Positions 52,712 through 61,828 of a stretch of 64,000 bases of DNA are shown here, piece by piece; the first letter of the stretch is position 1; every line of letters starts with the position of its first letter. The notes under the pieces were generated by a model, which was given only the letters and a program-made list of their open reading frames with translations, had not been told where the DNA came from and made no database searches. Source of the DNA: Acidobacteriota bacterium (GTDB lineage Bacteria > Acidobacteriota > Vicinamibacteria > Marinacidobacterales > SMYC01); the NCBI GenBank assembly GCA_004356105.1, contig SMYC01000060.1:1194-65193 (forward strand), in the 5' to 3' direction. Position numbers and translations under genes: made by a program.

Positions 52712-53503
52712 TTAGGGTTGGGCGGGGGCCTTTTGGGGTTCGTCGGGGTCATCCTTTAGGGTAGGGGCGAGGGCGACGCGATTTTTTCCACCTTGTTTTG
52801 CTTCGTAGAGGGCTTGATCTGCGGCGGAGTAAAGCCGGTCGGGTCGAAGCTCGGTCACCGAACGCGTATCGGCTAGGCCGATGGACAGCGTTAGGGGGGG
52901 GAGGGCCGTGGCGATCCAGCTCGCCTCGATGGCCAGCGCCTTGCGGATGCGGTCGGCGAGCGTGCGCGCTTCTAGCTCCGTGATGTTGGGCGCGAGGACG
53001 ACGAACTCGTCGCCACCGATACGAGCGGCTAGGTCCGTCGCACGGCACGTGCGTTGAAGCGTACGCGCTACAGCTCGGATCGCGTTGTCGCCGGCCTCGT
53101 GGCCGGAGACGTCGTTGACCGCCTTGAGTCCGTCGAGGTCGAGCAGCATCAAGGTCAGCGGTTTGTTGTACCGGTCGACGCGCGCGAGCTCTTCGAGCAG
53201 TCGGCGGTCCGAGTGGCGACGGTTCGGGAGCCCGGTCAAGGGGTCGGTCAGTGAAACGCGGCGGAGTAGGTCCTCGTGCGAACCGAGGATGGCCCCGAGG
53301 CCGACGAACATCAGGGCCGTCGCGCCGGCAATGTAGCCATAGGTCAAGGCACGGCTCGAGAACTCCTCCACGGCCCAGTCCCAATTGCCGAGCTCTCCGT
53401 GGACGAGCGCCCGCATCACGAAAAGCCCCCCCGGTGCGCCGACCGCCAGAAAAAGACCCAAAACAGGGTACAGACGACCCCTCGGGGTGGTTGCAAAACG
53501 CAT
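52712..53503 (-). CDS. Membrane-bound GGDEF-domain diguanylate cyclase.
   Basis: It has 2 N-terminal transmembrane segments and a GGDEF domain with an intact IGGDEF active site and RxxD-like region. Confidence 0.8.
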   Translation of the reverse strand: MRFATTPRGRLYPVLGLFLAVGAPGGLFVMRALVHGELGNWDWAVEEFSSRALTYGYIAGATALMFVGLGAILGSHEDLLRRVSLTDPLTGLPNRRHSDRRLLEELARVDRYNKPLTLMLLDLDGLKAVNDVSGHEAGDNAIRAVARTLQRTCRATDLAARIGGDEFVVLAPNITELEARTLADRIRKALAIEASWIATALPPLTLSIGLADTRSVTELRPDRLYSAADQALYEAKQGGKNRVALAPTLKDDPDEPQKAPAQP

Positions 53504-53609
53504 CTACGCCACCTATTCGGAGAGTGTTATCGCCCGGGAGCGAAAAAGCAAACGGCATCCCTTTCCCGTGTAGTACGATCAGAAGTTTGGACGATCGTAG
53601 AAGCATCTC

Positions 53610-56027
53610 GTGATGAAAGTTCTCAAGTTCGGCGGCACCTCGCTCGAAAGTCCGGAGCGCATCCGCGCCGTCATCGACATCGTCGGGGACCAGGAACCCA
53701 CCAAGCTCGTGGTCGTGGTCTCCGCCATGTCCGGTGTGACAGATGCCCTGACCGACGCCGCGCGGGTCGCCGTCTCTTCTATGTCAGGCATGTCAGGGGA
53801 CGCGACGTACCGCGGGACCTGCACGTCCATCGAGGCACGCCACCGCGCAGCCGTGAACGAGCTCGGCGACCCCGCCGAGGCCCCGGCGCTCATCAGCCGT
53901 ATCGAACGCCGGATCGAGGAGCTATCCGATCTTCTTCACGGCGTCGCGCTCGTCCGTGAGTGCTCACCGCGCAGCCTCGATCAAATATCGAGCTATGGTG
54001 AGAGGCTTTCGGCCGACCTCGTCGCGGCCGCGCTCCGAAAACGCGGCATCGACGCGGAATATGCTGACGCGCGCGGCTTCATCGTCACGGATACGAATTT
54101 CGGCAACGCGCGGGTAGAGCTCGAAGCGACCGAGCGAGGGATCCGGAACCACTTCGACAACCACAAGGCCCTTCAGGTCGTCACGGGTTTTCTCGGCGCA
54201 AGTGTCGACGGCGAAACAACGACGCTCGGCCGCGGTGGCTCGGACTACACGGCCGCTCTGCTCGGCTCGGCCCTCGGGGCGGATCGCATCGAAATTTGGA
54301 CGGATGTGAACGGCGTGATGAGCGCCGACCCACGACTCGTCGCGAACGCGTTCTCTCTCGAGGAGCTCAGCTACGAGGAGCTCATGGAGCTTTCTCATTT
54401 CGGCGCCAAAGTCGTCTACCCGCCGGCCATCCACCCCGCGCGCGCCCAGCGCATCCCTCTCGTCATTCGGAACACGCTCGAGCCGAGCTTTATCGGGACA
54501 CACGTCAACGAGCGGGCGGCGCCGAGCGAGAACCCCGTCCGCGGAATTGCGTCGATCCACGACATCGCGCTCTTGCGGCTCGAGGGCGATGGGATGATGG
54601 GTGTCCCAGGGACGGCGCGGCGCCTGTTCGAAGCGCTCGCGCGAGAGAACATCAATATCATTCTCATTACACAAGCCTCGAGCGAGCACTCCATTTGCTT
54701 CGCGGTCGCGCCGGACGATGTCGCCAAAGCCGGTCGGAGCGTCGACAACGAGTTCACGCTCGAGCAGCGCGCCGGTCTCGTCGATCCTCTCATCATCGAA
54801 CGCGACCTATCCATCGTCGCCGCCGTCGGCGAAGGCATGCGCGAGCGCCGCGGCATCGCCGGGCGGCTCTTCAGCGTACTCGGCTCGGAAGGCGTCAACG
54901 TCCGCGCGATCGCGCAAGGTTCGTCCGAGCTCAACATCTCGCTCGTCATCGCCCGCGACGATGAGAAAAAAGCACTCAACGCGATCCACGAAGCACTTCT
55001 CGGGGAGCCGCGACGCGCGGTAATACACCTGTTCGTCCTCGGCATAGGCGGCGTCGGGAGTGAGCTTCTCTCACAACTAAGCGCCCAATGCGAAACGCTT
55101 CGAGCAAAGGGGCTCGAGCTGCGCCTCTCGGGCGTAGCGGCGAGGCGGACGATGCGCTTGTCGCGCCAGGGACTCGACTTCAGCCAAGGCAAAAGTCTGC
55201 TCGAGGACGGGTCCGCGAACGATCTCGACGAGCTCGCCCGATTCATCGAGGCGACGCCAGGTCCACGCATCCTGGTCGACGTCACCGCGAGCCCTGACGT
55301 CTCTAAGCTCTACGAGCGGCTTCTCACCCAAGGCGTGGCGGTCGTCACCGCGAACAAGCTTCCGCTCGCCGGTCCGATGAAAGACTTCGAACGCCTTCAC
55401 CGCCACGCGCGACTCTATTACGAGACGACCGCAGGCGCGGGACTTCCCGTCGTAAGAACGCTCGCCGGTCTCGTCGACACTGGGGACACTATCGAGCGCA
55501 TCGAAGGGGTGTTCTCGGGAACTTTGAGCTATCTCTTCAACCGAATCCGGGAAGGGGTCCCGCCTGCGGCCGCGCTTCAGGAAGCGCGCGACAAAGGCTA
55601 TACCGAGCCCGATCCTCGTGAAGACTTGAGTGGGATGGACGTCGTCCGGAAGCTCTTGATACTCGCTCGCACCGCGGGCATAGCGATCGAGCCCGAGGAG
55701 GTCTCGGTCGAGTCGCTCGTTCCGGAAGGCGAGATCGACCGTTTCGGTGACACCGTCGCGGACGCCCAAGACCGAGCCCCCGAAGGCGCAACACTTTGCT
55801 ACCTGGCCAAGCTCGAGAACGGGCGCGCCTCCGTCGGTCTCGAAGCCGTCGAGCCGTCGCACCCGGCCGCGTCTCTCGAGGCCACGGACAATTTGTTCGC
55901 TATCACGACCGCGCGCTACCACGAGACGCCGCTCGTCATCCGCGGCAGCGGCGCGGGCCCCACGGTCACCGCGGCCGGCGTTTTTGCCGATATACTGCAA
56001 GCATGCGCGGAGCTCGAGTCCAGGTGA
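53610..56027 (+). CDS. thrA: Bifunctional aspartokinase / homoserine dehydrogenase.
   Basis: The N-terminus MMKVLKFGGTSL is the aspartokinase start, ACT domains follow, and the C-terminal homoserine dehydrogenase part has GIGGVGSELL. The protein is 805 aa. Confidence 0.85.
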   Translation: MMKVLKFGGTSLESPERIRAVIDIVGDQEPTKLVVVVSAMSGVTDALTDAARVAVSSMSGMSGDATYRGTCTSIEARHRAAVNELGDPAEAPALISRIERRIEELSDLLHGVALVRECSPRSLDQISSYGERLSADLVAAALRKRGIDAEYADARGFIVTDTNFGNARVELEATERGIRNHFDNHKALQVVTGFLGASVDGETTTLGRGGSDYTAALLGSALGADRIEIWTDVNGVMSADPRLVANAFSLEELSYEELMELSHFGAKVVYPPAIHPARAQRIPLVIRNTLEPSFIGTHVNERAAPSENPVRGIASIHDIALLRLEGDGMMGVPGTARRLFEALARENINIILITQASSEHSICFAVAPDDVAKAGRSVDNEFTLEQRAGLVDPLIIERDLSIVAAVGEGMRERRGIAGRLFSVLGSEGVNVRAIAQGSSELNISLVIARDDEKKALNAIHEALLGEPRRAVIHLFVLGIGGVGSELLSQLSAQCETLRAKGLELRLSGVAARRTMRLSRQGLDFSQGKSLLEDGSANDLDELARFIEATPGPRILVDVTASPDVSKLYERLLTQGVAVVTANKLPLAGPMKDFERLHRHARLYYETTAGAGLPVVRTLAGLVDTGDTIERIEGVFSGTLSYLFNRIREGVPPAAALQEARDKGYTEPDPREDLSGMDVVRKLLILARTAGIAIEPEEVSVESLVPEGEIDRFGDTVADAQDRAPEGATLCYLAKLENGRASVGLEAVEPSHPAASLEATDNLFAITTARYHETPLVIRGSGAGPTVTAAGVFADILQACAELESR

Positions 56028-56034
56028 GACCGAA

Positions 56035-57117
56035 ATGACGCCGCGAGACAAGATCCCCGTCGCCGTCCTCGGAGCGACTGGCTCGGTCGGCCAACGGTTC
56101 TTGACGCTTCTCGCCGACCACCCGTGGTTCGACGTCCAAGCACTCACGGCGTCCGACCGCTCGGCGGGAAAGGCGTACGGAGACGCGGCCCACTGGTTGC
56201 AGTCCACACCTCTTCCCGAGCGCTTCGCGCGCATGGAGGTGCTAAAAAGCGCGCCGCCCATCCCGTGCCCGCTGGTCTTCTCGGCTCTCGACGCGAGCGT
56301 CGCCGGGGAAGTCGAGACAGCCTTCGCCTCCACGGGCCACGTTGTCATTTCGAACGCCAAGTCCCATCGCATGGATCCCAGCGTGCCGCTCGTCGTTCCG
56401 GAGGTGAACCCTGATCACTTGCAGGTCGCCAGCACATCGAGCCGTGGCGGGGGCGCGATCCTCACGAACCCCAACTGCTCGACGATTGGGCTCGTTCTCG
56501 CGCTGAAGCCGCTATGGGATACATTCGGTCTGAAACGAGTGTCGGTCGTCACCATGCAAGCGGTCTCGGGCGCGGGCTTTCCTGGCGTCCCGAGCTATCA
56601 GATTCTCGACAACGTCGTCCCCTACATCCCGGGCGAGGAAGAAAAGCTCGAGTCCGAGACGCGGAAGATCCTCGGGACCTTTGACGGCGGCGCCGTGCGG
56701 GACGCCGAGATTCGGCTGAGCGCGCAATGCCATCGGGTTCCCGTGCTGGACGGCCACTTGCTCGCCGTCTCGGTCGAGCTCGGGAGAAAGGCGGAAGCTT
56801 CCGAGCTTCGGGACGCTTGGGAGCGCTTCTCGGGCGAGCCTCAAGCTAAAGCGCTTCCGACCGCGCCTCGACACCCGGTACATTTCTTGGAGGAAGACGA
56901 TGCGCCGCAACCGCGCTTGCATCGCGATCTCGACGGCGGCATGGCGGCGAGCGTCGGACGTCTGCGCCCATGCTCCATTCTTGACTTCAAGTTCAACACG
57001 CTGTCGCATAACACGATTCGCGGCGCGGCCGGAGGCGCGTTGCTCCTTGCCGAGCTCGCCGTGGCCAAAGGCCTGCTCGAACGTGAAGGCGCACGCACCG
57101 TGGGCGTCGAGACATGA
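56035..57117 (+). CDS. asd: Aspartate-semialdehyde dehydrogenase.
   Basis: It has VAVLGATGSVGQRF and the NPNCSTIGLVLAL active-site Cys. It is the real part of ORF 55747-57117, from ATG 56035. Confidence 0.85.
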   Translation: MTPRDKIPVAVLGATGSVGQRFLTLLADHPWFDVQALTASDRSAGKAYGDAAHWLQSTPLPERFARMEVLKSAPPIPCPLVFSALDASVAGEVETAFASTGHVVISNAKSHRMDPSVPLVVPEVNPDHLQVASTSSRGGGAILTNPNCSTIGLVLALKPLWDTFGLKRVSVVTMQAVSGAGFPGVPSYQILDNVVPYIPGEEEKLESETRKILGTFDGGAVRDAEIRLSAQCHRVPVLDGHLLAVSVELGRKAEASELRDAWERFSGEPQAKALPTAPRHPVHFLEEDDAPQPRLHRDLDGGMAASVGRLRPCSILDFKFNTLSHNTIRGAAGGALLLAELAVAKGLLEREGARTVGVET

Positions 57118-58070
57118 AAAAGGCTTTCGCGCCCGCGACCGTCGCCAACGTCGCCTGCGGCTTCGATGTTCTCGGCCTCGCGATCGAAGCGCCAGGCGAC
57201 ATCGTAACCGCCGAGCTCGCCGAAGACGATACTCCTGGGACGCCCGGCAAAATTGCCCTCGAAGTCGAAGGTGACGCACGGCTGCCGAGAGAGCCCGAGC
57301 GCAACACGGCCTCGGTCGCGGCCCAAACGTTTCTCGACCGCTACGCCCCCGACGCGTCCGTCCGGTTGAAGCTCGAAAAGGGCCTGCCGCTTGCGAGCGG
57401 CATGGGGAGTAGCGCGGCGAGCGCTGTCGCCGCCGTCGTCGCCGTCAACGATTTGCTCGCCGTCGGAGCGACACTCGATGATTTGCTGAACTGCGCTCTC
57501 GAAGGCGAGCGCGTCGCCTCCGGCACCGCGCACGCCGACAACGCGGCTGCGTGTCTGTATGGTGGATTCGTGCTCGTACGCGGCGCCGCCCCCGCACTCG
57601 ATGTCGTCCGGCTACCCGTCCCCAAGGGACTCTCCGTCGCTCTCGTGCGCCCGCATCTCGAGCTATCGACGCGAGACTCGCGCACGCTTCTCGGAAACGA
57701 AGTGCGCCTCCAGAACGCCGTCACGCAATGGGGGAATCTCGGCGGTTTGGTCGCCGCGCTCTTTCGGGAAGACTGGGACTTGATGACGCGCTCGCTCGTC
57801 GACGTCATCGCCGAGCCCATCCGATCGAGCCAGGTGCCCGGCTTTGCCGACGTAAAGCGCGCAGCTCTCGAGACCGGCGCGCTCGGATGCAGTCTTTCAG
57901 GCTCCGGGCCAGCGATGTTCGCGCTCTGCCGCAACCTAGAGACGGCCGAGGCCGTTTCGCAAGTGATGGCGAGCGCCTTCGCCGACACGGCCGACCTGGA
58001 GACCGACGTGCACGTCTCGCCCGTCAGCAAGCAAGGCGCACGACCCGAGGTCGAGTCGTGCGCTTCGTAA
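57114..58070 (+). CDS. thrB: Homoserine kinase (GHMP family).
   Basis: It has the GHMP motif PLASGMGSSAASAVAAV, and its ATG overlaps the asd stop. Confidence 0.85.
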   Translation: MKKAFAPATVANVACGFDVLGLAIEAPGDIVTAELAEDDTPGTPGKIALEVEGDARLPREPERNTASVAAQTFLDRYAPDASVRLKLEKGLPLASGMGSSAASAVAAVVAVNDLLAVGATLDDLLNCALEGERVASGTAHADNAAACLYGGFVLVRGAAPALDVVRLPVPKGLSVALVRPHLELSTRDSRTLLGNEVRLQNAVTQWGNLGGLVAALFREDWDLMTRSLVDVIAEPIRSSQVPGFADVKRAALETGALGCSLSGSGPAMFALCRNLETAEAVSQVMASAFADTADLETDVHVSPVSKQGARPEVESCAS

Positions 58071-59341
58071 GCACGAAAGGCAACTCCCAAAAAGTCTCTC
58101 TCGAAGAAGCTCTTTTCGCCGGCCCTGCACCGGATGGCGGCCTCTATATCCCCGAGACACTTCCTGTTCTAAGCGCAGAGACCCTCGACGCGCTTTCCGG
58201 AGGCTCGATCGCCGACACCGCTCTCACCGTCGCGAAATGTTTATTCGACGACGATCTCGATTCCACGACTCTGGAATCCATCGTGCGCGGCAGCCTCGAT
58301 TTCACGATCCCGCTCGTCGAAGTCGAGGACGAGCTCTTCAGCCTCGAGCTCTTTCACGGCCCGACCCACGCGTTCAAGGATGTCGGCGCGCGCTTCATGG
58401 CCCGACTGATGGGCCACTACTTGAAGAGCCGAGACGAGCGCGCCACCGTGCTCGTCGCGACGTCAGGCGATACCGGAAGCGCCGTCGCCCATGCTTTCTA
58501 CGGTCTCGACGGAATCCGCGTCATCGTGCTCTTCCCAAAGGGAAGAGTCAGCGCTCTCCAGCAGCGTTTGTTCACAACGCTCGGAGACAACGTGTTCGCA
58601 CTTTCGGTCGACGGTACGTTCGACGACTGCCAGCGCCTCGTGAAGTCAGCTTTCGCCGATCCCGAGCTCGCCGATCAGACGCTCGTCTCGGCGAACTCGA
58701 TCAATGTCGGGCGCTTGCTGCCACAAACGTTTTATTACTTTCACTTGTTCGCCGAGCTTCCGCGGGCGTCTCGTGACAGCCTCGTCGTTGCAACGCCGAG
58801 CGGCAACTTCGGAAACCTCACCGCCGGGCTCATGGCGAAACGGATGGGCCTTCCGATTACGCGCTTCGTCGCGGCGACGAACGTGAACGACGTCGTCCCG
58901 GAATATCTCGCCTCAGGTGATTTTCGACCGAGGCCATCCACGGCTACGTTGTCCAACGCAATGGACGTCGGTGATCCGAGCAACTTCGCTCGCATTTTGT
59001 GGCTCTATGACGGCGAGCTCGACGCGATCCGGGCCGACGTGGCCGGCCGGGCCTACACCGACGAAAATACGCGAGCGACGATCCTGGACGTGTATGAGCG
59101 ACGCGGCTACGTGCTCGATCCTCACTCCGCTATCGGCTATCTTGGCGCGCGGGACCATCGTCAAAAAACCGCTGTCTTTCTTGCCACGGCGCACGCTGCG
59201 AAGTTTCAAGAGACCGTCGAAGCCGTCCTGAAGACACCCGTCCCGCTCCCGCCCGCCATCGCAGCCTGCGCAGAACGGCCGGAAACCATCACAGAGATCG
59301 ACGCCTCCATCGAATCCCTGAAAGGATTTCTGAAGCCATGA
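58058..59341 (+). CDS. thrC: Threonine synthase (PLP-dependent).
   Basis: It reads VRFVSTKGNS...FHGPTHAFKDVGARF with the PLP-binding Lys. GTG 58058 overlaps the thrB stop. The longer ORF from 57551 is a shadow frame. Confidence 0.85.
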   Translation: MRFVSTKGNSQKVSLEEALFAGPAPDGGLYIPETLPVLSAETLDALSGGSIADTALTVAKCLFDDDLDSTTLESIVRGSLDFTIPLVEVEDELFSLELFHGPTHAFKDVGARFMARLMGHYLKSRDERATVLVATSGDTGSAVAHAFYGLDGIRVIVLFPKGRVSALQQRLFTTLGDNVFALSVDGTFDDCQRLVKSAFADPELADQTLVSANSINVGRLLPQTFYYFHLFAELPRASRDSLVVATPSGNFGNLTAGLMAKRMGLPITRFVAATNVNDVVPEYLASGDFRPRPSTATLSNAMDVGDPSNFARILWLYDGELDAIRADVAGRAYTDENTRATILDVYERRGYVLDPHSAIGYLGARDHRQKTAVFLATAHAAKFQETVEAVLKTPVPLPPAIAACAERPETITEIDASIESLKGFLKP

Positions 59342-59700
59342 ACCCAAAACTCTCCTTTCATGGCGGTGCTGGCACGGTGACGGCTCGCGCTACCTCGTCG
59401 AGACCGACACGGCACGCTTTCTCATCGACGCGGGAATGTTTCAAGGGCTCAAGAAGCTCCGCGAGCGGAATTGGAATCATCCCGGCTTCGACCCCAAGAC
59501 GCTCGATTTTCTCCTTCTGACGCACGCCTATATCGACCACGCGGGCTATCTCCCGCGGCTCGTGAAAGACGGATTCCGAAGCCCCATCTACTGCACGCCG
59601 GCGACGCAATCCCTCCCGCAGCTGCTTCTGCGGGATTCAGCGCGGATTCAGGAAGAAGACGCCAAGTACGCGAACCGGGTTGCGGAAGACGCCATCGAGG
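59338..59700 (+). pseudogene. N-terminal fragment of an MBL-fold (RNA-metabolising beta-CASP-type) hydrolase, frameshifted near 59385 and truncated.
   Basis: MNPKLSFHGGAGTVT slips one base into GSRYLVETDTARFLIDAGMFQGL...LLLTHAYIDHAGYLPRLV, and the similarity is lost after about 115 aa. Confidence 0.45.
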
Positions 59701-59823
59701 CCTTGATTCTCGAAGCGCCGCGTGACGGCGTGATTCTCATCGGGGACATTCCGTGGGAAGGACGGAAGCTCCAGGAGGGCGACAATGTCTGGCGCGGCTT
59801 CGTGATCATGAGGCTCCCAGACC

Positions 59824-60015
59824 TGTCGGATCATCGTGCTTCCCGGCCACGCGGTGTTCGTCGAGGACGGGAAACGGGTCGTCTACCGGAAGCGCGGAAC
59901 GTCTTTCGAGACCGTGGAGGTGGCGCTCGGCGCATCGTCACTCGGCCGCATCGTGATCGAGAACGGGCTCGAGGACAGTGACGTCGTAGCGCTCCAGAAC
60001 CTGTCCCCGAAATAA
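59824..60015 (+). pseudogene. C-terminal fragment of an RND/MacA-type membrane-fusion (HlyD-family) protein.
   Basis: The fragment AVFVEDGKRVVYRKRGTSFETVEVALGASSLGRIVIENGLEDSDVVALQNLSPK is a typical MFP C-terminal beta-domain. No N-terminal part is present. Confidence 0.4.
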
Positions 60016-60020
60016 GCCTC

Positions 60021-60215
60021 ATGGGGGGCGGCGCCGGCGTGTTGATGGGCCCAGCCATCGCCCAGGCGTATTACGCAGGTTGGCCAACCCTAGTAACACT
60101 ATGGTCCATCCTCCTGTCGACCCGCGTATCTGTCACCGTGGACGTTCTATCTGGCCTCTACCCCGCCAGAAGAGCCTCCGAGCTAGACCCAGCGGTAGCC
60201 CTGGGATACGAGTAG
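60021..60215 (+). pseudogene. C-terminal fragment of a MacB/FtsX-family ABC permease.
   Basis: LSGLYPARRASELDPAVALGYE is the conserved FtsX-family C-terminus. Only the last TM is present. Confidence 0.5.
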
Positions 60216-60316
60216 CCGCATTTCGGGTTGCTACCTGCGCTGCTCCGGCCGCCCGGTCGTTTCACAGGAACGCCGACGCTTCTTTGGAGCAACCCACCGC
60301 GTGGGACGCGCCATCG

Positions 60317-61261
60317 CTATGGCGATCGTTCGGCCCGCGCGTAGTAACCCTGCCGGGTGCGAACGATGAGGTCGTCGCGGTCACGCACTCGGACTTCGAG
60401 AGGGCGCCAGGTTTCTTCGGTCGTGTCCGTGGTTTCGGACGGAGCCTCGCGCGGGATATAAGCCATGCGGTAGTGGCGGTGCAGATCTTCTTGCACATCC
60501 AAGAAGGCCTCTTTGACTTGCTCCACATCCTCGGGAAAGAAAGCACGCCCACCCGTGGCTTCGGCGAGCGTCGTCAGGAACGGAATGTTGACGCTTTCGC
60601 TGCCTTCCGGACCCCAACCCGTGAAGCCCACGGTGTAAATCGTCACTTCGCTGAGCTTGGCGCCTTCGGTCGCGTCGTCGCTCGTCGCCTGACTGCCTTG
60701 CTGTGCCGGCCCCGCGTCGTCACCGTCCGTGAACACGAGGAGCGACTTGCGTCCTTCTACCGTCGAGAGCTCGTCGAGGGCCGTGAGGATGGCATCGTAG
60801 AGGGCCGTGCGTCCGGCAGCCCTCATGGATTGGAGGATCGCAAGATGCTCGTCGACCTCATCCGTGAAGCGCGGCCCGAAGCGCACATTATTCGAGAACA
60901 GCCCCACGCGCGCCGTGTCCCCCTCGCTCAGATTGCGCGCGAACAAGTAGGCGGCGGTCTGGATGGCGGTCAAGCTCGAGCGGATGCTCGAAGAAGAGTC
61001 GAGAAGAAGCATCGTCGTCACGGGAGTAAACTCCGGCGCAAAGAACGCAAGCTCCTGCTCCTCGCCGTTTTCCAGGATGACGAAGTCTTCCTGACTCAGA
61101 CCGGGAACGAAGCGGCCGCGACCGTCGACGACAATGACATCCAACGTGACGGATTCGACGCTGACCTCGAACCGAACGCGATGATCTTGAGCGCTCACGG
61201 CCCCTGAGAAAAGCACCGCCGCTATCCAGACGTGAAAACGCAAGCTGTTTCGACTCCTCAC
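60317..61261 (-). CDS. Secreted von Willebrand factor type A (VWA) domain protein.
   Basis: It has a signal peptide and a MIDAS-like DSSSS motif (LLLDSSSSI...FTDGDD). Confidence 0.75.
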   Translation of the reverse strand: MRSRNSLRFHVWIAAVLFSGAVSAQDHRVRFEVSVESVTLDVIVVDGRGRFVPGLSQEDFVILENGEEQELAFFAPEFTPVTTMLLLDSSSSIRSSLTAIQTAAYLFARNLSEGDTARVGLFSNNVRFGPRFTDEVDEHLAILQSMRAAGRTALYDAILTALDELSTVEGRKSLLVFTDGDDAGPAQQGSQATSDDATEGAKLSEVTIYTVGFTGWGPEGSESVNIPFLTTLAEATGGRAFFPEDVEQVKEAFLDVQEDLHRHYRMAYIPREAPSETTDTTEETWRPLEVRVRDRDDLIVRTRQGYYARAERSP

Positions 61262-61306
61262 TTGGCCATACTAGCATGGGCCGCGAGGGACGCCCTATGC
61301 CCAGCG

Positions 61307-61828
61307 TTAGTTGGAACTGGGCTCGTAAGCGTGGAGGTCTTTCCTCAAGAGCTTGCCCCACTGCTCGTCAAACGGATGGACTTCTTCGACGCTGCGGCCA
61401 TCACGTTCCACGCTACGGCCGCCATTCGCCCACCCGAAGATGGAGCCTTCGAGGTTCCGTATGTTCGTGAAACCGCGTTCTCGTAATTTGTTGACGAGCT
61501 CCGCCGAGCGGTAACCCACGGAGCAATAGGCGACGATGGCTGCGTCGTGGGCGAGCGTGTCGAGAAAGGCCGAAGTGTCGGTTCCGGGCTGCACCCGGAC
61601 AGCACGGGGAAGATGGCTCACCGCATATTCCGCTTCTTCGCGAACATCCAGCAAGATGGGTGCGTTCTCCGGCTCCGTCGCCATTTGCTGGCTGAGCTCG
61701 TCAGCGGAAACGTGCTCGACCTCTGGAAAATCCTGGCGCACCATCTCTTTGACGGACGTCCAGGACGGCCCCTGTGAACAGCCAAACACCGCGACCATCA
61801 TTATTAGAAAGAGCGTGTGAGCCTGCAT
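61307..61828 (-). CDS. Rhodanese-domain sulfurtransferase, lipoprotein-type signal.
   Basis: It has a lipobox-like VFGCSQ and the rhodanese active-site loop CSVGYRS. Its ATG overlaps the upstream gene's TAA (ATGA-type coupling). Confidence 0.8.
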   Translation of the reverse strand: MQAHTLFLIMMVAVFGCSQGPSWTSVKEMVRQDFPEVEHVSADELSQQMATEPENAPILLDVREEAEYAVSHLPRAVRVQPGTDTSAFLDTLAHDAAIVAYCSVGYRSAELVNKLRERGFTNIRNLEGSIFGWANGGRSVERDGRSVEEVHPFDEQWGKLLRKDLHAYEPSSN

